Source: Phoronis australis
Taxonomy: Eukaryota > Animalia > Phoronida
Length of the DNA stretch: 64,000 nucleotides
Reading direction: 5' to 3'
Assembly (NCBI GenBank): GCA_002633005.1
Contig: NMRA01000043.1
Coordinates: forward strand, 524,018-588,017
In this document: one piece after another, positions 49,182-62,289 of the stretch
How positions within the stretch are numbered: position 1 is the first letter of the stretch
Layout of the letters: every line of letters starts with the position of its first letter
The notes under the pieces: model-generated
The model's database searches: none
The model's input: the letters and a program-made list of their open reading frames with translations, nothing else
What the model was told of the DNA's origin: nothing
Made by a program: the position numbers and the translations under genes

Positions 49182-49776
49182 AGCCTTCGGCTGTGGACAG
49201 CTTTTGGCAGGCAGATAGTTTCGACTCTGTTTTGTGACAGATAATGACTAAGTGTGTGACAAGTGTTCATTCCTGAAACTCAAGGTCGTGCATTCAAAGT
49301 GTTTGAGTATACAGGTCACTTAATGTCATTCTGAGATACCCTTCATTGCTTACATGTAGTGGGGGTTGTCCAAGTTACATGCTTTGTTTTGAGTTTCACC
49401 TAATTAACAGTCCAATTGTGTTCTGGCTTATTTCCCTTGAATGTGCAGATTAATTGCAGCTGAGGACAATGTACAATACTCCAGTTTACGGACAAGAAAA
49501 GAATAAACTATGTACAAATGTTGGTTTGGAGGGGTTTGCAAACACCAAAGGAAACATTTTCTGGGCAGTTTAGGGTCATCATGATTGCAATTTACTTCTG
49601 AAAGAAAACTCAATATGCAGTCATGTTCAGTGTAATCTCATGTTTAGAATGCAAGTGTCTCAATATAAAGTCTATGTGGAATTTGTAAAATTTGTCGCAT
49701 TTTAAGAAATAGTTTATACCACTGTTTGCCTTCTTGTAAGATGAATTCATTGATAATATATTTGCTTTTTAACTAA

Positions 49777-51490
49777 GGGCTGTTCCAGTAAAAATGTATA
49801 GGAGGAGGGGAAGGCACTTTCATTTTTTACCCACCGCCCATATTTTTCTTTTATTTCTCCAACGCACCACCCATAATTTTTAATTAGATTGCAGTGAAAC
49901 CACCCAAATATTTTTAAAAATTGTGCTTGAATTATACATGGTGATGAACGTATCAGGTTTTATTCTCTTTAAATATCTTTGGTTTTCAGTGTTTTGTTAG
50001 CCAATAACGGTCCAGCGGACATAACATCAGCTCCCTCCCAAGCTAGGAATAAAAATTCATGTTTTCCAGTGAAGAATTGGTATGCACTCTTCGTGTGCAT
50101 TGCAAATGGCAGATGCTAGGGGTGCTCATTATTTCAAAATTCCTACAAGCGTGAGGAACACTTGTGAACAAGTTGCTTCCAAGACACACATCATAAGCTG
50201 TTACAACAGGTTATCTCTTCCTGGTTATGAGTACTACAACTTATTAAGAAATCAATGGACAAGAACTAGCTGTCTTGTTGAATGTTATCGAAAACTAAAG
50301 CGGCCATGAGGGTGGTCAAATCAAAACAAAAATCGACTGCTGTCAGTGCATCCCTTGCATATATCTTTGTGCCAAATTTCATACAGTTGTGCATGGTGGT
50401 TTTTGAGATAATCAACCTGTCTTGTCAAAAACTAAAATGGTCAACGGAGAGTGCTATGGTGGCTAAATCTGTCCGAAAATCGACTGGTATTGCGCATCCC
50501 CAACATCTATCTCTGTGCCAAATGTCATCATGATACATTAAGCAGTTTTAAGATAATCGATGGTCAAGAAATGACTTGAGTCAAAAACTAATGTCAAGCA
50601 ATTTTTGAGATAATCGACACACAAGGAATGGCTTGTTGAAAACTTAAAACGGCCAACACAAGATACCATGGTAGCCAAATCCGTCCGAAAGTCTACCAGG
50701 ACTGGACCATCCCTGCCAAGTACCTCTATATAGAATTTCATCATGATCCGTCATGTTGACTTTCAGATAATTGACGGACAAGAAATGATAATCAACAACA
50801 GACTGGATGCCGACTATATGCGACCACAAAAGTTTTTGTGGGTGCAGAAAAATTCCAACTCGAGTTAGTTGCCAGAAAGTTCCTTTTCAGACACCTCTGA
50901 GCAATACTTTAGGCAGCCACCAGGTGTCTTTTTAATTCCAATAAGATTTTTTCAATTTCGGGAATCTACAAACTCAAAGTGTTTCCACGAATGCTTTTAG
51001 GCTCTATGCCAATTGAATATTGGAGCTTGTTTATTTGACTCCACATACTTTTTATTTCCAAAATCATCAGATTTTCTTCATAAGTGTGTCAACACCAGTT
51101 TAGTGTTCATTTTAATACGACTACAACGTGCATCTATAATCAAGTTGCCCATGCCTTGAGTAATGGCATGGTGTACATATTGCACAGCCCATGCCTTGAG
51201 TAATGGTCTCTGCAACAAACTAGCAATCTAGTTTCCTGTGGCTGTATACACAAGCATTGTGGGCTTGTTTTTTTGTTGACGGGTATTTTTGGTTTTCTAC
51301 TTTAGGTGTTTTTTCAGATGGTATTGAGGTAGGTGTTTGGCTGAAAATACACACCTGTCAACATTTACAGGATAAAAACACCAACCACCTCTAATATTTT
51401 ACTTCTTTCAAGGACCGCCCATAATTCAATTTACTTCAGAAGACAACCACCCCCACAACCACCACCATACATATTTTGATGGAATAGCTC
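49777..51490 (+). mobile_element. PIF/Harbinger-type element family B carrying a HINE insert (~50258-50852, - strand)
   Basis: TAA|GGGCTGTTCCAGTAAAAATGTAT ... ATACATATTTTGATGGAATAGCTC|TAA; subterminal CCACCCAT repeats; homologous to 54636-55603. Confidence 0.85.
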
Positions 51491-53249
51491 TAAACACCTA
51501 AGGCAAACCATACAAAAGCTTGTAGAAGCTTAACATTTTTTGTATTTCTATAAAGACTATGGTGGTTTACACATTGTACGGTATATTTGATAAATTACTT
51601 CATAAGTCATGTTTAATACTGTGTGTGTATAAAGGTTATAGCAAAATCTATACCATATATAATTACTACTGGCTTACCTAGAGCCAAATGTTACATTTTT
51701 AAACACGTTTTTGTCAATTTGGCTTATAGTTCTTACTGGAGTTTTTTAAAGTCAATTTCTGCTGAAGTGAAGTTTTTAAAAATGGCTGTTTTTCAAACCA
51801 GGTGAAGTGACACAGTGAGCAAGTTACCAAACTGACAACTAGTGCAGGTATGCTGTGTTGCCCACTTTTTAGTCCTGATAACTTTGCTGAATAGCAGAGA
51901 CAACCTCAAATTGCCCGTCCTATCCCTAGCGTTTTGACTTGAGTAATAATGCTAACAGGCAATAAACTAATATAACAGTGATTCAGCCAGGCAGAAACGA
52001 CAAGTATTTGAATTGTGACACTTGTGCACAGCATATCTCTTGCGGTTTGAGGAACTATTAATAAATATAGTTTTAAAAATCAAGAAGATTTGAAATGCAT
52101 TTCAGAGTAAGTAAAATATGCCAAATTGACCAAAAACATCCAAAAAGGTATTATCCCCTTAAAAGAATTTCCCAGAGCCCAATCATTGACAATTGTTTGA
52201 GCTAGTTCACTTTGAGCAGATCAAGTACACTGACATGTATTCAACTGGAGTTAATCTTAAAAACATTTTTTTCTGTTATCTGAGCAATTTCTCACATAAA
52301 CTACTCGTGATGATACCTTCAGTCTAACTTAACCCTGGGTACCAGCAGAGTGTTAATGTAAACTGTCAGCTTAGTTGAACCATTTGGAACGGCTTCGGTT
52401 GTTAGCAAATGTCAAAGTTATATCAGTTTAATGTGTAGTTGTTATCACAAGATGGTGCTCTAAAAATGTTATGCAGCCATAATTTTTTATTTAATTTGAC
52501 TTATAGTATATGTAAAGAGCTTGTAGTAGTAGAATGGTGATTATTGACAGGGACACCTGGTGATAACTCCAACGATTCACAAGTTAATTGTTCGTGCTAC
52601 ATCGAAATGTCGATGCTCAACTGTTAAATCCACTTGCTTACTGTGAAGTTAATTTGTGCTGTTATCTTTCATACCAACAGATGCTCCCAAACCATGGACA
52701 AGTTAGCGTTGGTATGAAAGGCTCTGTAGATGTAACTTGGTCCCTTACAGTTATCAGTAGGTCAATTCAGTGTCACCTACTTTAACCAGAAACGATCAGT
52801 TTTCAACAGATCCTGTAAATCAAACCACTTGAAGTTATGTAGAGCCTTATGGTGTATGGAGCCATATATTGCCAAAACTATAGAATTAAACTGGGTAAAA
52901 GTGTATATTTTGTGAAAGTAGAAAACCTTTGGAATTTGACCAACCAATTAATTAGGCCAAGTGACCATGTCTTTTATTTTAGTAAAATGTAGCAAAAAGA
53001 AGGGTACATTCTCAACAAAACAATAATAACAATAACAAGTCATAATCAAGATAAAATCTCAAAAATGCTGTTACAATCTCCGTTTCATTTTATTCAACTT
53101 TGGATTTGTTTCATAAAAAAATCATATAAGTCATATTCTTAATAGCCTCTTATGCAAAAGTAGAACATTTTAAAAAGAAATGCTAAAAGCAATAACTACA
53201 GATTATTCTCGTGGGAAAAGTCGCATCTTTTGGGTAGATTTATATCGTA

Positions 53250-53385
53250 CAGTAAAACTGGCATAAGTCGGACATGCATAAGTCGGATTTTTGTGTAACT
53301 CACACAAAGTTCAGCAGTGCAGTTCTAGTTTGGGCCGGAGATGAAACCTCTCGATCCCATTGAATCCAACTTGTGTGTTTTACTG
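53250..53385. mobile_element. Short Tc1/mariner-type MITE
   Basis: TA|CAGTAAAAC ... GTTTTACTG|CA with internal GCATAAGTCGGA duplication. Confidence 0.55.
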
Positions 53386-54635
53386 CAGCTTGAATTGCTG
53401 TGTTTTTTAATAATACATTAGACATGGTAAACTACAAAAAACAAGGTTTTATTTTGTTGTTTTGAGAAGTAAATATCTCACTTTGTCTGAATTGTCATTT
53501 ACAGTGGAGGTCACTTAAACATGTATTGGCATACTCCTAAATATGGTAATGTATAACAGGAACTAAACGACAAAGCTATTTAACATAATTTACAGTTGTG
53601 TTCATTGATAATTTGTAAATGTGAAAACAAAAATTCAGCCAACAGGTGTCCTTTGTACTAATGATGTACCTCGCAGGCTTGCATAGCCTGCGTCATGCAG
53701 TGTTAGCACCATGTCACGATACTTACTGGACATAGGTCAGTGATTTACGGAGTATCATTTTTACCACAAAACTCGGATCTTAAAGCATTTGGCAATTTGC
53801 AACCTTTTTCGTATTTACATCATCGCTATATGTTGTATTTCATAATAATTTCTCCAAGCAATCACATAGGTAAGTAATTAGCATGCAAGTTCCACTTTAA
53901 TATACTACTGGATAATATAATTTATTGTGATGTTGCCAGGAAACGTCAAAAAATCAATCCTCATCACACCCATGTAAAATTATCTGCATAAGTTATTGTC
54001 CCATTCCAGATTTGTCATTAAAATTGGTAATATTTAAAATGTGTACCTTCACTTTTCTATCTAAAAAACCAAGTGAAAATTCATCTTCAATTCATTTCAC
54101 TAATGAGAAGTCCAATCCAGATTATAAGATTAAACTGATCATGGCCAGCTTAAAAGAGTGGTTACGCCAATATCCCATTTTTCATAATTAAGGTTGAAAC
54201 GGAGAATATGACATTAAGTGGACTCCACTGTATTTTCGTTATTCATCGTAAATATACTCAATTTTTACAAGGAACTCAAACACTTTCCAAGTGCTATTTG
54301 TCTGATAAAAGCAATGACAACAAAGTTGACTGCCATGAACTGGTGTGACTACGAGAGACAGTGACGTAGGAAGTAGTTCCATGATCATTTGATCTAGCTG
54401 TATCTTTGTATACAGAGCCAGTAAGATTTGGGCCTTCGCCTGCTGTGGCTGTGCACAAGTAAAACTCGGTTTCATTTGATCTTTTAGTTTCTTTGTGCAG
54501 GGAAGATATCCGGAGAAGTTGAGAATAAATGCTGACCACAGTGTCGACATCAAAGTAAAAAGTTGAGGATTCCCCGTTCACTCATTATCAACACATTTGC
54601 TTATGACGTCATGTTCTTCTGGATGTTCTGACTTA

Positions 54636-55603
54636 GGGCTGTTCCAGTAAAAAATGTATGGGAGGGGGGAAGGCACTTTCATTTCTTATGCACCACCCAT
54701 ATTTGTCTTTTATTTCTCCAACCCACGACCCATAATTTTTAATTAGGTTGAAATATAAAATGTGGTTTTTGAGATAATCGACCTGTCTTGTCAAAATAAA
54801 ATGTGAGCCAAATCTGTACGCCAAGTACCTCTATGCCAAATTTTCATCATGATCCGCCAAGCAGTTCTTGAGATAATTGATGGACAAGAAATGGTAATGA
54901 AAGATGGACCGGCCACAAAGTTTTTGTGAGTGCAGAGAAATTCCATGCGAGTTCACAACTCGTGTCAGTTACCATAAACTTGCTTTTCAAAGACACCTGC
55001 GAGCAATACTTTAGGCAGCCACCAGGTGTCTCTGTCCACCATGTGTCGGTAATTGCAATAAGATTTTTTCAATTTCATTACGAATCTCAAACTGTCTCAA
55101 CGAACCCTTTCAGGCTGCTATGCCAAGTGAATATTAGAACTTGTCTATCCGACTCCTCATAGTTTTTATTTAAAAAATCATCAATTTTCTTAGATGTGTT
55201 AACACCAGTTTAGTGTTGCAGCAATTTTCATTCTAGTATGACTGTACAACATGTGCCTGTAATCAAGTTGCCCATGACTTGAGTAGCAGTGTAAAGTACA
55301 TATTCCATAATGTACACTAGCAACATGGGCATGTTTTGTTGTTTATGGATATTTTTGGGTATCTGTCAATGAATTTTTGGTAAGTTTTGATTTCTTGTGG
55401 TGAGAGGGTATTGAGGTCATTGTTTGGCTGAAAATACCCATCTGTCAACATTTACAGGACAAAATTCACCATCCACTTTTAATGATATACTTCTTTCACT
55501 AAGGACTGTCCATTATTTAAATTTCCTTCAAAGACAATTGCCCATAAATTTTTATTTCAACTGCCGTCCCACCCCTCCCATATGCGTTTTGCTGGAACAG
55601 CCC
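54636..55603 (+). mobile_element. PIF/Harbinger-type element family B, shorter copy
   Basis: TTA|GGGCTGTTCCAGTAAAA ... TTTTGCTGGAACAGCCC|TTA; TTA TSD on both sides. Confidence 0.9.
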
Positions 55604-55700
55604 TTATAGGAAACATTGGAGAGTGAATTGCAAATATGATTGGTTTTGCTAGAACAGCCCTTATAGGAAACATTTGAGAGTGAATTGCAAATATGATTGG
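55587..55700. repeat. ~57-bp tandem duplication spanning the transposon right end and its flank
   Basis: TTTTGCT(G/A)GAACAGCCCTTATAGGAAACATT(G/T)GAGAGTGAATTGCAAATATGATTGG x2. Confidence 0.9.
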
Positions 55701-55968
55701 ACCCTTAGAAAAGGAACGGGACTTACTCATGATAGCCAGGTAATGAAATGCTGATTTTATTAGCATTGATCCAATATTTGTACTTCACTTACACTTTAGG
55801 GGAGTGTTTACACTGTCAATTTTAATCTCTTGTGATCTGAGATAAGGAGATGTAGTTCTCTAGCCTCTCCCAACTCTGAGATGAGTTCAAGAAAGTTACA
55901 TTGAATTGTAACTCAGAGATTGCAACCCACAAAATAGTCCCAAATAAAGTATTGCACGTGTAAACTAA

Positions 55969-56013
55969 ACACACACGCAAGCACGCACGCACGCACACAC
56001 ATACACACACACA
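55969..56013. repeat. (CA)n/(GCAC)n microsatellite
   Basis: acacacacgcaagcacgcacgcacgcacacacatacacacacaca. Confidence 0.9.
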
Positions 56014-56142
56014 GCTGTCCCTCTCAGTTCAAGTGGTCCCTGTCTTGCAACACTGAATACCATCGTGACTGAACTAGATCCATTTAAATGAAAACATATA
56101 AGGAAAAAATTCAATTATTCCAGGCAGCACAGACTTTGCCTG

Positions 56143-56297
56143 TCAATCTATCTCTATGTCCATATTCAACACCACATACTGTGTGTGAATACTCGTCTCT
56201 GCTATCCCAGCCACCATCTCATCTTTGCTCTTTTCCCACTTGTTATCATCGTTAAGGAAATAGACATTACGCAGTACGTCATCATCACTCTCTCCAC
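56143..56297 (-). CDS. Kelch-repeat protein, last exon (155 bp)
   Basis: ataacag acceptor; GGESDDDVLRNVYFLNDDNKWEK...IEID*; completes the YVLGG kelch motif. Confidence 0.85.
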
Positions 56298-56779
56298 CTG
56301 TTATATAACACAAAGGAATGCACAGTGAAAACACATTCCGTAAAATTTCCCATGGGCTTATAAATAATTAACTTTCTGCAGATGTGTAAAAATGGAACAT
56401 TGCCAGAATACAAGCCCATGGGCTTACACACACAGCACTACCACAATTAACTCCTTATTGCAAAACACATTAGTCTGCTTCAGTTGTAATCATTGCTTCA
56501 GTCCTGATAATACATCCATACATGCCCATAATGATGCACAAGTCGTCACGCACATAAATTGTCACGGACCTCAATGTGACCAGTTAAGCAAGACCATACA
56601 GTTTGTTGGGAAATAAGACCAGTCCATTTATAATTTATCGACCTATGACCACAATTTTAAGTACAGTTAAAATCATCATATTCTTGCTGGCAAAACCATG
56701 CACAAATAACAAATAAGGAAACAATATGGCACAAGTTGTAAAGTTGAATGTGATAAATATGGTCCTGGCAAAAAAACTG

Positions 56780-57210
56780 TTTCCCAACTCTGGGCTTATT
56801 GGAACATGGCCACACTCAAATATGCCATCGCTTCTTTAACAGAAAGCTATTTATCAAATTTCATAAAAATCTGTCAAGGAACTTCATAGAAACAAAGGAA
56901 AACGGAAAAAAATGAAATTGCACTATGGGGCACAGCATTCATTGGATCGGCCTGAAAGACATCGTCTGTTTGCTTCATATAAATGGAACTACTAAATTTA
57001 ATAAAGAACCTGCAGCGTGTTAAGGAGCTGCAGTTAGGAGCGCAAAACAAAACAAAACTACCACTAGGAGGTGCCACAGTAGTCGAATTTGTTATAGTCA
57101 ACCGCCCTCTTCACACGGAGAACATACACGCCAATTTTCAAAATCAGAATGGTTTGGTTGATCGAGGGGTGGACGCCAAAAAACAGACTCGAAAACAGGA
57201 AAAATGGCCA
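56780..57210 (-). mobile_element. HINE-like core repeats
   Basis: AAAACTACCACTAGGAGGTGCCACAGTAGTCGAA and AAACAGACTCGAAAACAGGAAAAATGGCC are reverse complements of 25810-26170 motifs. Confidence 0.75.
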
Positions 57211-57910
57211 TTACGTGGTGCTAAGTACCTCGCTAGTCATATTTCTTATCATCAAACCATCGGCCGAAAAGATCTGTGGTTTTCTGTTGAGCCCAGACAG
57301 TCCAAAGTTGCCCCACATACCAACTCCGGATGGTCTCTCACGACGATTTAACGTTATGTTACCTTAGTTTGTAACAGGATATACTTAACAGCTAGCAAGT
57401 TTTCGTTATACCTATCACCTTCATTGAGTTTGTTGTTTTTGTCATTTGGTTTGATCGGATGTTTTGCAATGAATTGGTATGCAATTATGCTTGCAGCAAG
57501 ACAACACAAGGTGTAATTGCCGACACCATTTTAATGTGCCAGTTGACATGAGGAGAGTAAACAGATAGTGCTAATGATGCCAGGCGTGGCTCTAAAAATA
57601 TCTGTGTGGCAAGTGAAGCAAGGGATACTCCGATAAAAATGCCTCCACGTGGTCCCCTTATCACTCGAACACCTCACCGCCATGCCAGTGAACTGCTTTA
57701 GCTTCTTAATCTATTCAAATGCCAAAAAGAGGGACCTTTACTTATTAGCCCCACCTAATGAAAATTGTGTTGCCCACAATAGTGCATGAGAAAGGCATAC
57801 AGTGCATGAGAGTTGATGAGAAATAGGCTACTAATGACAACAGTTGGTGAAAGAGGACGACTACCTCTGGATGTATGTTTTTGGTGTTCACCACTTGCCC
57901 TCTCACTCAC

Positions 57911-58084
57911 CCAATACATAAATGGTTCCGTAATACTTGACCACGCCCATAGCACACATTGCTACTGGAAGCTCCGGTCCAAATGTCCAGCTGTCCACCA
58001 CTGGATCATAGATCTCCACTGAGTTAACACAACTTTCCGGCGACTTATCTTTCAACCATGAGTTGGTGATTTCCGTGAATCCGC
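57911..58084 (-). CDS. Kelch-repeat protein exon (174 bp)
   Basis: GGFTE...NSVEIYDPVVDSWTFGPELPVAMCAMGVVKYYGTIYVL; cttttag / GTGAGT; not in the ORF track. Confidence 0.92.
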
Positions 58085-58686
58085 CTAAAAGTGATAAACA
58101 TATTAAATTTCAGTGAATAAGAGGTTTTGATAGACTATCTAGTCTCTTCACGTGTTTGTGTTAAAAATCCCATAGAAAAAATTGCTATATTCACATATTA
58201 ATACGAAAGAATTTATAATTTACTACTGACATGCAGAAATGACATCTGAACCCAGTGCCGGGATTTTTGTACTAAAAAGTTAGTAATAGCAAAAACATTG
58301 CCACCAGACGTGACCTTTTGAAGATCCTTAAAAAGCAATTCAAGAGTCAACAAAACTTAACAAATCGCTTCGGTGGATAAACCTCTGGCAGTTCAAGTTG
58401 ACTTTAACTACAGACAAAAACACTGAACACATGAGATCACAAATCACCATCTTGGAAGAATTATGCGAAGTTTGCAATTTAACTTAAAACTAAAATGAAC
58501 AAATTCATATTATCAACATAACTCAAAATATTTTATCCGTAACCTGACAAATACTTCCTTGCAGTAGACACATTTTGCCAAGAAAAACGAGTGCCTAGTG
58601 AGGGTAGGGTGACTGGAAACAAAATATTTCAAGTATGGTCTTATTTAATAGACAGAAAATACTACATGAAAATGCGTAGAACTAAC

Positions 58687-58787
58687 CTATGGTATAAATC
58701 TTGTCCTTGTGTACAACACAGCCTGCCAAACACCTGGCTATGTTCATATCTGACAACCGAGACCATTTGTCTTTGGTAGCGTCATAA
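58687..58787 (-). CDS. Kelch-repeat protein exon (101 bp)
   Basis: YDATKDKWSRLSDMNIARCLAGCVVHKDKIYTI; tttccag / GTTAGT; phase 2 in, 1 out, bridging its neighbours. Confidence 0.92.
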
Positions 58788-58924
58788 CTGGAAACAGATT
58801 TCGTCCATTACTCACAACATCCTAATGTAAAGTCAAAGGTGAGCCATGTTCTAATTTTTAAGTGAGAATTTGCAGGACTACAGAGGTTAAAAAAATCCAC
58901 AACTTGAAATTAAACAAGTTTAAG

Positions 58925-60300
58925 TTAAAGGATATTTCAAACCTTATTCACAAAAACTGTCCATTTTTACAATATTTCACGTGTCTTTATTCTCGGGAAC
59001 TTAAAATACAAAATATATAACACATGGGAAAAAAGATTTAGCAGAACCACCTTGGAATCGTACAACTGTGTGGATATTTGTTTAACTTCTCCAAGGTCAA
59101 AGATTAAAGGCCGTTCAATCAAATCGAATCTCCCGCCAGGTACAGAAAAGCTTCATATACCCCCCAGTCCTTTCATTCACAAAGTTGCCACAACATTGAG
59201 TCAACGAGGTGTACTTATGATAGAATGGTGCTGGGAAAACAAAGACAAAACGTAGATTTGATCCTAAGGGAGTTGTGCGTCTACATGAATACGACCGTTG
59301 GCGTTGAAAACCAATGCCACGAGTTGCCTCAGGCCTCATGAACACAGCAAGTTGTGAAAAAAGATCAATCGTCACCCTAATTCCTTAATTCAGTTAATAA
59401 ATTGACATTTCGGTGTTTCGATCTCATGGTAACGACATACTTTAATCACTGAATCGATTTTTGTTTTCCATTTCTTACTTGGTTTCGTATCAGTCTCCCA
59501 GCACATGACTTGTACAGGCTAACAATAAACTGCGACCTACTTAAAAAGTAGGTCACAAACAACAGTATTGAGTTGGCTGGGAACAGTACGTTTTTAATGA
59601 TAATTAAGATACTTACGAACTGCAAAATCAGTTGACATTGCGAGTGAATGTTGAAATAGCTAACATAGTATAGGTTATGAATACCGAAAACAAGTTTTCA
59701 CCGAATAATTAACCGAAGACTTCGAGATTTTCACTTGTCCCAGTTTGATCAGCTTTTTTCGGCTTCAGTAAATCGACTTTATTCGAACTTAGGAACACTA
59801 GTTCTCGAAAACGGTAAGATGGATTTCACTGAAACTTTCCAAACTTAATAATTAGTCATCACTCTCAAAAACACTGTCAGGATTTTTGATATAAAGGCCT
59901 AGTTTTTGCATAATGTGACGAAGACGAATAAGATTTCAATTTTTTACAAAAATACCTTTACATTTTGTGAGCTCATTTGTCATAGAAACCAAATGAACAG
60001 ACTAATTGAAATTTTCTAACAGCGTTTTTGAGGTAACTAGTGAAGTTTTCATTTAGAAAAGGTTTCATTCAAATCGACGGAGGGGTTATTTTGCTAGGAA
60101 TGTACCTTATTAAATATGAAATTCTGACAAAAAAGTTTTTACATAAAAATAATAATGGCACATAAATACAAAAGGCATATCTATATTTCCTGGTCTTTGT
60201 TCTTTTAGAAAATATATACTTTTACTAGTTGACAAAGCTTAGTTTTTTCGATATACGAGTTAGAATGGAGGTCACTAAATAAGGTTGGAGATAACCTTAA
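58925..60300. mobile_element. Kolobok-like non-autonomous element in a kelch intron
   Basis: Left TTAAAGGATATTTCAAACCTTATT versus right AATAAGGTTGGAGATAACCTTAA; TTAA at both ends. Confidence 0.65.
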
Positions 60301-60927
60301 AGAGAATACGTAACAGACTCAGTTCAACTTGAGGACATGAAATACATGATGTCTTGTGTTATAAGAATGTTGAAAACTTGAAAAACAATGATTTGAAAAT
60401 ATCACATCTGCTTCATACTAAGCAAGATTGACCAAATAACAAACAAATGACATTGAAATGTCAAAAAAAAAAAAATTCAAATAGTCATCAATTGGATAAA
60501 ATTATTCAGTTAGATTTCTGACCAAGTTTCCTTCATCACACTAACTATCTATAATAATAAACACCAGGGTTTGTGGTATGACTTTTGAACTCAAGACTCA
60601 CTCAGGGCTTGAAATGTAATCAATCATGCTGAATGATTCAAGTACAAATTTGTAAGTTTACTCAAACCGTGCCTGCAATTGGTCAATTTTTGAGTCAAGG
60701 TTTGAGTAGAGATTAGACCCTAGGCTCAGAAATTGTTGGAAATGGCCGTCATGACTGAGCGCACAATAGCTTTCATGGCGACACGTGGTGGGTCATTACT
60801 CCTCACGGTGATTAAATTATATTCAATAAATTTAGGCGTGTAATGCGAGAAGTCTGACGGTCTAGCTGAAAAGCATGTAAATTTCACCATGATGTCTGAT
60901 GAAAAGAAACCGACTCAATGAAATTAC

Positions 60928-61044
60928 CAATACAATGCATTGCTGATTTCCTTCTTGCCGCGGCCAGGTTTTTTGTTGCACATCTTCTCACACTCTCCTC
61001 CGAATACATACAGCTTGCCTTTATAGGAGATAGCACAGAAACAC
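60928..61044 (-). CDS. Kelch-repeat protein exon (117 bp)
   Basis: CFCAISYKGKLYVFGGECE...SNALY; ttgtag / GTAATT. Confidence 0.92.
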
Positions 61045-61582
61045 CTACAATGGAGTGACAGTAGTAACACAGGAATACATAGAGAAGGCAGGAGTGACAA
61101 GCAGTACTACTTGGTGCACTCGCCTTGCAACGTCCTTCAGTAATATGTCACCGCGCATCAATCTTCAAGGTTATGCACTGCAGGAGCCTACACAAATTCC
61201 AAATTTTGCTAATTTCGGAATGTCACATCTCCAGAATGGCTGATCAGATTCAAATGAAAGTTTCTGATAAAATATTTTATCTGCTTTTCTACAAAATGAT
61301 GAATTGTTTTTAAAATGGTACAATTGGAAACAGAGGCTATCAAAAATAACACTGACTTTCACGGAAAAAATAAAGTTGTACAGTCAAAGAGAAAAACAAA
61401 ATATTGAGAAAACTAAAACCACGTTTACGAGACTTTATCTTGAACATTTAAATGTATATCAATGAAAATTGGTCCTGTTATTGATGCCATTGTTTTGTTA
61501 TAAAAGCACCTTTCTTTTTGCCAATTAACTTGACTAGAAACATAATGGGAAAGTGACACAATAAATGGTAGATTATCAACAA

Positions 61583-61802
61583 ACAATGTCTGATCTACCT
61601 GAGAGCCTTAGGCATGGGTGTCACCTTTTCACAACACACAATGTCTGATCTACCTGAGAGCCTTAGGCATGGGTGTCACCTTTTCACAACACACAATGTC
61701 TGATCTACCTGAGAGCCTTAGGCATGGGTGTCACCTTTTCACAACACACAATGTCTGATTTACCTGAGAGCCTTAGGCATGGGTGTCACCTTCTCACAAC
61801 AC
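61583..61802. repeat. 55-bp minisatellite x4 that copies the kelch exon end plus splice donor
   Basis: Unit ACAATGTCTGATCTACCTGAGAGCCTTAGGCATGGGTGTCACCTTTTCACAACAC at 61583, 61638, 61693, 61748. Confidence 0.95.
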
Positions 61803-61901
61803 TCCTCCTCAAGGTCATAACGCAGCATACTGGACAGGTTGCCCATGTCATCGCAGCCTCCTAGGATGAAGACAGCGCCATCTACCTGTACCAGACAACA
61901 C
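61764..61901 (-). CDS. Kelch-repeat protein exon (138 bp)
   Basis: CCLVQVDGAVFILGGCDDMGNLSSMLRYDLEEECCEKVTPMPKAL; cttcacag / GTAAAT. Confidence 0.9.
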
Positions 61902-62174
61902 CTGTGAAGATGAACATGTGTTCAGAAAGCTCAACTGGAAGAAGTGTGCGAGACACTTTGTTAATTGAAACCTGATGGAATGTAATCATTTAAAGAACTA
62001 TTAAGGTATGACACTCAATTCAGAGTTTTTAACAGAGTCAGTAAGAATTCCTAATTTCGCATTACTATACTCTAAAATAAGTGCAGTCTGATGCTGGGTC
62101 CATTATGAATTGAAGTCAATGATTTTGACTAGTGTTATTAGGTGAATATTAGTGCAGACTGCAAAAATACTTAC

Positions 62175-62289
62175 TGTTTCCGAGAAACAGACATGTTGCA
62201 CAGAGATTCGAATGTGTTATCTTCCGGCACCCATTTATAGATTGCTCTACCATCTTCATCGCCACCAGCCAAAATCAATTCATTGTCGC
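62175..62289 (-). CDS. Kelch-repeat protein exon (115 bp)
   Basis: GDNELILAGGDEDGRAIYKWVPEDNTFESLCNMSVSRK; ttttttag / GTAAGT. Confidence 0.9.

Noticed and set aside
54239-54581. Overlapping 95- and 104-aa - strand ORFs downstream of the kelch stop
   Set aside because: No recognisable domain, non-ATG start for the 95-aa ORF and no convincing splice link; may be kelch 3' UTR.
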